Source: Chrysomallon squamiferum (taxonomy: Eukaryota > Animalia > Mollusca). From it: DNA of 64,000 bases. The translations under genes and the position numbers were made by a program. The notes beneath the pieces were generated by a model. It did no database searches, was not told where the DNA came from, and worked only from the letters and a program-made list of their open reading frames with translations. Where the stretch lies: assembly GCA_012295275.1 (NCBI GenBank), contig CM022670.1, positions 13,268,001-13,332,000 on the forward strand, in the 5' to 3' direction. This document shows, piece by piece, positions 28,206 to 40,223 of the stretch (the first letter of the stretch is position 1; each line of letters begins with the position of its first letter).

Positions 28206-31200
28206 CACTGAACGAAAACAGTGTGTGACATGCAACAGACTCTGAAGAAATATATATATATATATATATATATATAACTAAGTTTTACTAATTGTAGAGA
28301 TTACTGGACAACACACCGAAAGATCACCCAGACTATGAGTTACTGCAGCATGCTGACAAAGTGATGCATGACCTGGCCATGAAAATAGGAACACTGAACG
28401 AAAACCAATCAGAAGAAGACATGCAACAGACTCTGAAGAAACTGGAATTGTTACTCATAACAGATGTAAGTACGTAAGTACTGTTGTTACTCATAATAGA
28501 TACTGGAATCAATACACATCAAATAATACAAATAACATATTGGAATTGTTAACAGCAATTCTTATATCAGATGTAAGTAATGTAACATACTGGAACTGTT
28601 ACAGCAGAAATAAATGTGTATCATACTGAAATATTTCAGCAGAAGTAAGCATTGTAACATAATTATTATAATTTTTATTCTGTTTTACTTTTATTAATGA
28701 AATCAGATATTACTTTCTATGATGTATAAATTAGGCACAGAAAGTAAAAGAACAAAATTAATATCTGAAAATTATGAAATTACGAAACCAAAAAAATTAT
28801 TATTACCAAATCCATGATAGTTATAATCAAATACACATGCACCATCCAGACACACATACGCATGAAAGTACACATGTACAGTGTTGTGTGTTTCATTTCA
28901 GCTTGCTGTGCCTGACCGGTCCTACCTGCGACACGACATGGTACAAATCTTGGTGAGTGGCATTGTAAGTGATCATTTTTCTTCTATTAGCATCTCATCA
29001 ACGTGTTGGCCGTGCCTCAGGTTGGCATGACTTATTGCACTCACAAGTGTGTTTGGCTTTTCCAAGTGCAGTGCCATCATAGCTTGGTCTGTATAACACT
29101 GTTATTTTCTTATATATAATTTTACCAAATTTTTTTTTTACAGTTACAAGGCTTGATTATTATCTTAACAGTCTTGATGGTTACATTTACAGTTACAAAA
29201 GTTGCCTTTATATTTGCCAAGTCTGTCATAGTTATCAGTTCATATTATTATCTTTACAGTTACGTATTTTGATTGTAAAGTCCCCATTCTAAGTTTACCA
29301 TGGTGACATTCTTTTTAATTTAAATAACTTTGTCTGATCCAGTTTCCTTTAAAAGGTTTTGAACCATCCCCTTCCAGTGTTTCTGAATTTACCATTACTA
29401 GTTCCTTGACATCACATTCCAATCTTCTCTTCTTTTTTTTTTTTGAAGTTTCTGAAGTTTCTGGACAAAAAAGGTTTCTGATCTAAATAGTCGTTAATAT
29501 TATAAATATAGTTTCCCATTTCTTTACAAGATTTATCCACTAAAGATATACTGCACATACTCTCTTGAAGCATTTACTTTAAAAAATAATAAATAAATAA
29601 ATAAATAATTTATGGCTTGTAATTCTGGTGTTGTTAACAGCTGCCCAGTATGTTTTGGCAAAAGCATGCCTACTGTGGACATTGTGATTATTTGTCAGAC
29701 TGAAATTTGTATCAATATTTGATATTGTTTTGTATTTTTTGTTATGACTACTAACTCCTATATACATTTTGTTTTTGACTGTATTTTATATGTGCACATC
29801 TTTCATTTATCAGTCATTACAGTTCAAGAAAACACTAAAGTGTATCATTCTGGGTGTTTTGAGGGATTTAAAAAAAAAATACATTTTAAATATTGGTTAA
29901 ACTAAATGCCACTATAAAAGTAAAGCTTATGTAGACAAGAACAGCTGTATAATCTGTTAGAATGTATACCAAGTGCACTCTGTTACCTTAAATTAACTTT
30001 TAGTAATCTGAAAATGTGATCCATAAGCAAATATTCATTCATTCATTTTATGAAGGAGATGTGTATGTAACTCTGGGCACACACTAGTAACATGTTTTCA
30101 CATGCTGTTTTTGATCTTTCATTAAAATGTATTTCTAACAGAACAATACTGTCAATGTGGCTGTTTCTTTATTTTGTTGTTTTGTCTTTGCCAGAACAAA
30201 AAGGACCAATGTTGTATGTGGTTTTTCTCTGACCTCATCATCATCAGCAGCATCAAAAGAAAGAGTGGACCGGTCACTCGCAAGGTTTCCATCATCCTGT
30301 AAGTAATAAATGACTAAAAAAAAATTGTTTTTTTAAATTAAAATTAAAATTAAAAACAAAATACGAATTATAATAATCATATGGTTCTTTAGATATGCTA
30401 CATCAAATATTTTAGTAGTTTAAAAAAAAAAAATAATAATAATAATAATTTTGTTTTTGAAAAGATGAAATATCAAAACCTATACACATTAAGTCTATTT
30501 ATAATGAGTGTAATATTTTTTAATCAGGCAAAACTCTCAGCTTATTTACATTTCTGTAACATTCTATAACACTTAAGAGTATAATGTTTTCATATCTTTT
30601 CAGATTATTATTGTTGTTGTTATTATTATGTTTATTATTGATAACGATGATGATGATGATGATATTGTGTTATTTATTTTCAGGAAAACACCAATGGGAC
30701 AAGACTTTGCAGAAAATATAAAACATAAGGTTTGGCTTAGAGTTGGACTGGATGACATTGAAATTGTTAAAAGTAAGCAAATGTCTGAATTTTCAATAAT
30801 AATAATATTTTGGTTTTTTTGTTTTTTTATTTTTTTTACTAATGTATTATTATATTGTTATTGTTTTTATTATTTTTATTATTTTCAGATCAGGGGTCGT
30901 TAACACGGAAACCTACAATAGACCGTGACCAGGTTGAGGATGACCTGGCTTTGTTGTCACAGTTGACTGATCTTGCCAACAAACTGTCCTGTCAGCACCA
31001 AGTAATAACCATCTTCTTCATATTATTATCATCATCATTATCATTATCATCTTTATAATTATCATTATCATCATCATTGTTGTTGTTGTTGTTTTTATTT
31101 TCATATAGTCACTGTTATATTGTTGTGTGGTTTGTAAGCATTCTAAATGTTCATGAAAGTATTTGAATTTTGGTTTTCAAAATAAGGCTTGGAGCATCCT

Positions 31201-32642
31201 TGAAAAACAATGGCATCAGTCTAATCCTGCTACTGAACATTCGTAATTTTCAGAGTATAATAATTTTAAAAAAAACAACAACAATAAAGTAAAAATTATT
31301 CATTATAGAAAATGTAGTGAAAATATTTTTCACAAAAAGTAGAGCAAAGTTTTACACATTGTCTTATTACAATGGTAATTATTAATTAATTATAGATAGC
31401 AGATTGAGCACTGATAGCAATAGTATTGTCAAAAGTTCTGTGAGTACAGTATGTAAATTAATTCTCAACCTCTGATCTTGATTATTCAGAAATCATCAGT
31501 AAATAAGATAGTTAACATAGTATTTTTGTTTTGATTCAGAATTTGGACGATGTACTTAAAGAAATGACGACGATGTTGAACAAACAACTTGCTGAGTGTC
31601 AGGCACGTTGTTCGTTACCCGACTCAAACAAAATGGAGATGCTTGTTACAACTCAGTGAGTTACACATATTGTTGTTTTTCCAGTATTTTTATTATCACA
31701 AAATTTTATTTTATTGTTAATTTGAGAATTTTAGAGGTGAGGGATTTTTTTTTTTTTTTTTTTTTTGTTTGTGTATTTTGTTTTTTGTTTTTTGGGAGGA
31801 ATTGTTTTGGGAGTTTTCACCAAAAAAAAAAATAAATAAAAAAAAAAAAAAAATTCTGTATTTGTTGACTAATTATGACTGTTTAATTGTTTGTTTTATT
31901 TTTCAGAGAAGGGGTGTTACACTTAGTGATAGCATTTCCTTCAGCTGAGAAAAGAGCATCATGGGAATGTTTATTTTCGGATGCCAAGCATAAACTTTGT
32001 AAGATACCATTTTTAATGTTTTTAAATACTTTTCTGCGTATTACTATTATTATTATTATTAAATATTTTAGTATTCAGATAGTACTTAAGATTACATATG
32101 AAGAAAAGGGAGTTCATGTTATTGTTTTTGAATTATTATTTTGCAGACAGTTTGATATTATTATTTTATTTATTTATTTATTTATTTTACTCTTTTTTAA
32201 ATAATCAGTACTACTTATTATCAACATAAAAATATATAACAACCAAAAACTGAAAAACCAGTTTTAACTGATAATTATCTTATTGTAATAACTATTTAAT
32301 ACCAAAATAATTTTTTCCACATTCATGTTTGACCTGATAATTATTGTAAGTTCTTTTAAAGAATTTTTTGTTTAATATTAACTGACAGTTTGCTGAGAGT
32401 TTTTGAACCAGGTTCTGCACTATTTATAAAAGAGTTTTGTTTTAAATATTTCTCAGCTCTCCTTTCGGACAAAAGAGCCCCTGAGTTTCTCCAGCCTCTT
32501 CAGATAACAAAAACAAGAGCAGGAATGCAGGTGAGACACATGTACCATCTTTACTGACTCCTTCATTCTTCGTCTCATTGTCTTTTATTACTGGTTGCTT
32601 TTAAATTACTCATTCATTAGGTTTAAAGGGAAAGTTAAATAA

Positions 32643-32677
<35 letters not shown>

Positions 32678-32841
32678 ATGCAGGTAGAACAGTGGAAGTG
32701 ATATTAAATTTCTGTTAAGTCAAATTGTTTCATTCAATAACATAAATGTAATGGGGGAGAGAAAGTAAACTGAAAATTTGTTATATTTGTGTGGAGGTTC
32801 ATTTATTCATATTTTAAGTTTTATTATTTATTTATTTATTA

Positions 32842-32873
<32 letters not shown>

Positions 32874-35800
32874 AATTTTTTTTTTGTCAACATTTTGAAT
32901 TCTTTCATTGGTTTTTTCCTACTTAGTATTACACATCTATATATATACCTCATTGTATTCTAGTAGGAAAAGTAGCATAGATTGTTGCATTCTGTATAGT
33001 GTACATATAGTGAGTCTTTGTGTGCATGTATATGTTTTCATATAAAGAATTAAACAACATTTAGCATACACTATTTTTTTCAAAATATGTTTTAAATACA
33101 TGTCATTAATATATAAATTCTTGTGAGTATTTTCTTTGGCTTCATTACTAATCTATCAGCAGTAGTGCTTTTTGCAAATAATATTGCCTCAGTCATACTG
33201 TAGACATTTTAAAATATTCATTGTTAATCCAAGGTGGAGAATTGTCAGTTTGAGATGTAGATATTATTAAATTAATAAAGAAATGTGACTCGGTGATAAA
33301 ACTTTGGTCTCAGGTGTGAAGGGTTGTGAGATCAATACTCCATGGTTAAATCATTTGAGCAGAACTGTTTTACAACATTATCAATAATTTTATGCTTCAT
33401 TTCAGTCATTTCATTGTGAATTAAAAAATCAAAATGACTATAAGCACTCATGTTGCAGAAGAATTTGGTAGAACTCCATTTGGTTAAATTTTTGATAGAT
33501 TTCTCTTAGAATCTTAACATTCAGATATTGTTTTTCACTTTAAATATTCTTTCTTTCAAAACTGACAGTAAACTGTATCTGTGTCGGGTTTTTAACAGTG
33601 TCTGCTGTAATGGCACTTTCAGTATATATTTTTATTCTGACAACTGCAAGAAGCATTTCCTTACTTCTGATTCAAAATTTCAGAATGTATTTCCTGCCAT
33701 CTTTATTTAGCACTACAGACCACACTGTATATCTCTGAAGCATACATGATTCTTGTTTGTTGTATCTGCATGTGAACTATGTTAATACCCAGGCATGTGT
33801 GTATCGTATACACCTTTTTATTATCTGTATTTCACACCCAGTAGCCCATGTATTTTGTCTGTGTATGTATATATATAAATATAAATATACATAATGGGGA
33901 GTCATTAACAGTAACATTCAGTTATTCAACAGTTTTTAGCCAGTTGTAAATTTTAATGTTGTATCTGAAAAGTGGTCTGAAAGAAAAAAATTGAAACTGA
34001 CAGTGGTGCATGCTGACAGTAGTAACAATAATCAAAACAACAACAATAACATTTGTAATAATTGTAATAACCATAATCGAAACAACAACTACGACAACAA
34101 TAACACTTGTAATAATAACAATAATCAAAACAACAACTACAACAACAATAACATTTGTAATGTAGTTATAACAACAACGACGACAGTAATAAATTAGCGA
34201 TGTAAACAGAAAACACTGGGTATTATCTTGCAGTTCTCCTGTGCAGCTCCTATAGACGGGCTCAATGCTAACGGTTTTCGTGATGTGTGGGTGTGCAACT
34301 CGGACGGCTACGTGGGCCACATGTGCCTGCTGAGCCTTCAGCCCGAGCCTATAGTCACACTCAACACGCCTGTCCCAGGATGCAATGCTCGTATTCTCTG
34401 TATCTGTGCTGTACCTGCTTACTCTGGGGCATTCAGAAGGTAGGACTGCTTGCTGCTTGGTTATAAATAGTTAATAATGATGATGAGGATGATGATGATA
34501 ATGATGATTATTATTATGATGATGATGATGATGATGATAAGATTGGTAATAATCATGATATGTATATGCAAACTATATTAATAATAATAATAATAATAAT
34601 AATAACAACGATGATGATAACAAACTGTTGGTGCATATATTATGTACATTTTGTTAGTGGCTAAAGTAGTTTATATTTTTTCCTGATTTCTGGTTTCTGT
34701 TTTTGGTTGTGGTGCAGTTAACAGTACCTGCTTCTTCTGCTCTTTAGTGCATATAGGTGGGAGTAAAAGTAAAAGTTTTTCTCATCATCTGAAATATTTG
34801 TGGATTTATGGCAAAATTATCAAGAAATTTTTCAGATCAACAGTGTTTTTCTCATCTTGTCAGATTCTTCTTTTTGGTATTTATAATTGGTATGGATATG
34901 AAAAATCATTAATTTCATGCAGGTATTCAACATGTGGTCCTCATATCATATTGTTAATACCATCTTACTCACATCATAATTAACTTAACAGATCAATGGC
35001 TTATTAAAAAATACTGCCTATCTTACGAATTACAAGAATGATGAAGTTAATATATACTGGGTTGGGTAATTTCCATAAAAGAAATGCCAAATTATCTCTT
35101 GCATAAAACTAGCCAATACATTTTTTTTTTTTTTTTTTAGAATTAAGAAAAGTTATTTTAATAGTATTTAGTATTTATTTCTAAAATATCTATCTTATTA
35201 ATGGTCTCTTTTAGATAAAATGATTAGGTTTTGAAATTTACTTGTTTATTTATTTATTTGTTGTATTTTTTTTTTTTTTTTTGTATGCAGAAAAAGATAT
35301 TTTTCATTAAAGAAAAAAAGTTATTTTAATTATTTGCTTATTAAAATAGGGTTATTATGTGTTTGGGGACATTTCTATTTCCAGATAGTGTCCCATGACT
35401 GGCTTATCAAAGGCAACGGTACATGATTTAATGTCTATGGAAAGGATGCCTTAAAAGCTGACTTGCTGCTAATCAAAACAACAATCTCTTTATTTCATTA
35501 TCTTTATGTGCAGCAGGCTGTATCAAGATTGATTAAAAATGTGTAGAACAGTTCTTCCTTTCAGTGAAACAGGTCATTTCAGAGTTTATAATTATTGATT
35601 TATTTCCAGAAAAAGCAGTACAAAATTACGTCAAAAGCAGCGAGAAGCCAACTCTTCTCCTTGCGAGGGACCGCGAATTAATGTTGAGAAAGCCGATGAT
35701 GACGAGGACAACCTGAATGAAGATGGATACCAGACAGATTCGGAGTCTAGTGATGATGAACCCATGTCTTTCAATGCGCAAACTGATGAACTTTATGTCG

Positions 35801-38800
35801 GAGGTTTGACATGGTTTTAAATGTTGCATAGTCTTGTAATGAAGATTTACAATAGTTTTAAATATCACATAGTCTTGTAATGAGGTTTACAATACTTTTA
35901 AATATTACATAGTCTTGTAATGGAGATTTACAATACTTTTAAATATCACATAGTCTTGTAACAGACACTTACAATAGTTTTAAATATTACACAGTCTTAT
36001 AATCGATGTGTGACATATTTTAAGTATTACTGCTGGAGCCTTTTAATGGATATTGTCATCATATAAAAAAATTACATTCACAGCTTTTATATTATAGGTT
36101 TAAAATATTTAAAATATTACTGTCAGAAATTAAGAGATTTTTACTGTATTATGTTATATTACAAATGCAGCAGTTGATGCAGTACTGTCAGTTACACTTG
36201 GAAATATGAACTGTTGTTTTCAGATGTCCCCTCTGACGATGATTCCCCTCGACGTCCAGTTGTGTCCCCCCTCACTCAGAGCACCCCCGACCCGATCTCG
36301 ACGACAGGAAACTGGGTGCAGGACGCCCAGAAAAGTACAATGTGGCTCGGAACTGAAGATGGCTGGTATGTGTTGCACTGTTTGTAAGAGAAACCCGAGT
36401 AACATAGGTGTACATGCTAGAGTTGAAATTTCAAAAAACTTTAAAATTCATATATTTTAAATATATTATTATTTTTTTTTTATGCATCAATGTTTCATTT
36501 CCAGAGTAGACTGTAGAATATTATTTTCAAAAACTAGACCTAATATGCTGAATCAATTAATTTTTATTTCAGTTTATAATTTTCATGTTTTCAGCATTCA
36601 TATTTTCCAATGTACAGACAACATTAAAACAACAAAGAACAAACTGAAAATACAGCATGGTTCCCCGGTGTATGGAATTGTGTAAGTAGAGTGAGAACCA
36701 GGCTAATGTACTGTGTGTAATATGTAAAAACAAAATGTGGGTTTCTCATCAGTTGAACTGTACAAAATAGAAAGAAGTCAGTTCAGATCTCAGTTAAACT
36801 TTCACTTAAAAATTGAATGAAAAATAAATTAAAATAAAATGTGATCACCATATATATCACAGGTATTCCTTTTTAATATTTATTTTATTTTATTTTATTT
36901 TATTTTTTATTCATTTATTATTTTATTATTTTAATAAATGAATAAAAAAATTATATATATATATATATATATATATTTGTGTTCCTCCATAATTTCTCTA
37001 TATATTCTTTGGCTCATGAACCTGTAAAATATTTACCTCCCAGCTGAAGTCTTCAAAAGGTTATGAGACCCCTGAACTAAATTCTGTTTTTATTATTAAA
37101 TTATGTTTTGTTTTAAAGAAAACATAGATTGTTCAGATGCAATCACACTACACAAAGAAATAAAACAATTTATACAAAATAGAAAAATTTTAAATGATAG
37201 TACACTTTAAAAAAAAATTTATTGCTAACAGAAAATATGTTCTTATGAAAATATTATTTATATTTCAGATATTTGGACAACAAAGTATTTGTGTCATTGG
37301 CTAACGGTGATCTCATTGTATACAAGAGAGACTTAAACAATTGTAAGTTACTCATCATTTTTATATATATTAAATTCCACATACTTATATTTCATTTTTA
37401 ACAGTTTGAGGTTCATCATATTTTACTAAATACTGGACCATTATAACTGTATTTCTTTTACAAATGTCATCATTTTTTTAAACTGTATTTATTGATTTTT
37501 AAAAAACATTTTTTTTTTTTTATTGTTTTCTTGTTTTAAAAAACTCTACTACTCCACAGCTTTGTGTTACTAACTGTTGTGTTCTGACAGGTGGACTGTG
37601 GGATACTGGCTGTCCCTACACCCGCACCATTGGCAGTGTGATGTCACCCATCACAAAGATGTTAGCCGTGGCAGGCAAGCTGTGGTGCGGTTGTCAGAAC
37701 TCCATCCATGTCATCAACCCACTCATGTTGATAAACAGTAAGACAAACAGTAAGACAAACACTACGTACAAAGGTAGATACGGTTCTTCTGTTTGAAATC
37801 ACGAGATTAGAAAACAACACCTGTCACAGTCTGTTTTCCCTGTGACATGGTACTCAGTTGAGACTTGATGGGTGGTTGTGTATCGGTTCTCTCCACTGGG
37901 TATCTCAGGTTTATTTCCAGTATTTTGTCATCAAGCAGTGAAGAGATCAAGGTACATTGACTGATAAAAACACTTATCTTACATGCTGTTGTTTAATAAG
38001 CATTTCTCATCATTGGTCCATTTCGTTATTTCCCATTCTGACTGTTAAAAGGTCATGGTTTATATATGTTTTACTGTCTTGGTATATGTGTGTATATGTA
38101 AACTGTTACTTGTTAGTAGTAATAAATAGAAATGTACCATGAAGTGTTGGAAGTCAATTTTCATCTCCAGTATTGTTTTTGAGGCAAAAGAAAACAACTG
38201 TACACCATGACAAAGAAAGACAGAAAGTCAGGGTTAGAAAGGGAGGCACTGAAACCAAACTGTATAAACAAATATATCCTGAATTACATAACTGTTGTTA
38301 TTTTATTTATCATTTTATTTGTAGAAAACGTTTCAAGTTGGATCAGATGCCAACAGGTCAGTGCAGTGCATGGTCTGTTCAGGTCAAGGTGTTTGGGTTG
38401 CATCACAACAGAGTTCTAAAGTTAACCTATTCCATGCTACAACGTTTGAGTTTCTTATGGAAGTCAGTATAGCCCAAGGCGTGGCTGCCAAACTGCAGTG
38501 TGAGTCAAGTCTAAGACTGAATTAGTCTTTAGATTAATATTGTCATTATTAATGTATATTAATTAGTATTATTATTTATTAAAATGTATTAATTAATATT
38601 ACTTAGTATTATCATAGTAATAATTAGTAGTGTTGTTATTAATGTGTATTATTATTATTATTTCAGTGTATTAATTAGTATTACTATTGCATATAAATTA
38701 GTATTATCATTATTAAAGTGTATTAACTTGATTTTATTATTATTAAAGTTTATTAATGAGTGTTATTAAACATGTATATTAATTAGTATTGTTATTATTA

Positions 38801-40045
38801 ATGTATATTGATTACTACTTTTATTTTAATGTGTATTAATAATGTCATTATTAATATATATCAGTATTGTTATTATTCAAACACACAGTTTAAATGTACC
38901 ATACAGACATTCAGGTAATTATTTCACTACTCAGGATTGACATTTCTAATAATAAAGTGTAATAAAAAAGAGGAAGAGTACATATATAAGAAAAAAGGTA
39001 ACTGGTAGTTTTATATTAATTATAAAAAAATATTTAAAGAAACAGAATTATAAATATGAAAGTTACTGTACTGAATTACTTTTAGTAAACTAAGTACAAT
39101 AGGAAAAATTGATACTTACAAACATATATATATATATATATGTACATACACACTCACACACACAGTATGTATATATGTTGGTATGCATATGTTTATATGT
39201 ATGTATGTGTTTGTATGTATATGTGTTTATATGTTTATATTTATGTGTGTGTGTATGTATATATTTGTGTTTGTTGTTGTAGCTGCTGATGATATAATCA
39301 GACAACACAAGGCTGCCTGTCTGCGGATAACAGCTTTGTTGGTGTGTAAGGACCTGCTGTGGGTGGGGACGAGTGCTGGTGTGATACTCACCCTGCCAAT
39401 ACTGAAGATAACATCAACCACAACTTACGGATCACTCCCCACCCCCACTGTCACAGGTGAGTTTTCCTAATTAGCTTTGAGTGAACATGCGAGGTATTAT
39501 TGTTTCTTATTATAAATAATAACACACAGGTTGGTTTATTTACATAGATTATAAAAGTGTAATCACTGTCTTTTTGTGTTTTTCTTAGTAATAATTATTT
39601 TCTTAGAAATGATTTCTCATCATAGTTGATTGAGTTTAATCATTATGGACATGTTCATTCACTAAAGTAGTAAAATATTTACTAATAATCAAATCACTAA
39701 TTTTTTTTTTTTACATGTTTATTTTTTCTTCTGTCGCAGGTTTAGTTTTTGGTCATACCGGACATGTCCGTTTTCTGACTAGTGTCGAGTTGTCCATGAC
39801 AGGACCCAGTAGCAGCAGCAGCAGCAGCAGCAGCAGCACCTGCTCTAAAGACACTCAGGGAGAAGGCATCACTTTTCACGATATTCACAGACGTTCGTCG
39901 CTCGCCACAACCACTGCTACCATGGCAACCAGAATGCTGGTAATAAGTGGCGGTGACGGTTATGAGGACTTCCGAAACACTGCGTCGAAACGAAGCAGCC
40001 GGGAGAGACGACAGCACCAACCATTTGTTACTGTGGCAAGTTTGA
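16509..40045 (+). CDS. ARHGEF17: Rho guanine nucleotide exchange factor 17-like (DH-PH plus C-terminal WD40-like propeller), multi-exon, 5'-partial
   Basis: Exons bounded by AG/GT: 16509-16586 ([21 protein letters not shown]), 21112-21288, 22655-22771, 27152-27244 ([17 protein letters not shown] motif), 28298-28465 ([12 protein letters not shown]), 28902-28952, 30195-30298, 30684-30772, 30889-31001, 31540-31655, 31907-31998, 32457-32530 ([17 protein letters not shown]), 34234-34439 ([24 protein letters not shown]), 35610-35803, 36224-36365 (MWLGTEDGC), 36595-36681, 37269-37342 ([10 protein letters not shown]), 37591-37737, 38325-38499, 39283-39456 ([30 protein letters not shown]), 39740-40045 ([35 protein letters not shown]). 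The motifs match ARHGEF17 as I recall it. Phases are consistent except for two 1-nt breaks (~37735 and ~39989). Confidence 0.93.
23205..25268. repeat. ~2 kb 30-bp minisatellite in an ARHGEF17 intron
   Basis: Unit CAACTACATCATGTTTAATTACT followed by a variable GGTACTA/AGTACTA/GATTACA/AATACTA; roughly 65-70 copies, degenerate at the right end. Confidence 0.95.
35365..35480 (+). mobile_element. Diverged SINE-like repeat copy
   Basis: ATTTCTATTTCCAGATAGTGTCCCATGACTGGCTTATCAAAGGCAACGGTACATG..TGTCTATGGAAAGGATGCC..AAAAGCTGACTTGCTGCTAATC; same family core as 51600-51840. Confidence 0.5.
35801..36003 (+). repeat. ~40-bp tandem repeat, 5 copies, starting at the ARHGEF17 donor site at 35803/35804
   Basis: Unit approximately GAGGTTTACAATA(G/C)TTTTAAATATCACATAGTCTTGTAAT; the first copy begins at the GAG|GTTT exon-intron junction. 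Confidence 0.85.
38530..38875. repeat. Degenerate AT-rich tandem repeat
   Basis: Recurring TTATTAATGT(A/G)TATTAATTAGTATT units just after the exon ending at 38499. Confidence 0.6.
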
Positions 40046-40174
40046 CAGAGCTGGAATGAGATACTGGAGGAGAAACCAGTGGCCTTATTGTTGTTAATAT
40101 TACAGTTATTGTCAATTTTAATGATAATTGTCGACGATAATTTTATTATTTATTATTAACTTATTGTTATTAAC

Positions 40175-40223
<49 letters not shown>

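Noticed and set aside
36904-36948. 17-bp perfect inverted repeat (also short hairpins at 9619-9650 and 20600-20624)
   Set aside because: The repeats are AT-rich or short, expected by chance in low-complexity DNA, and have no TSD or family evidence.
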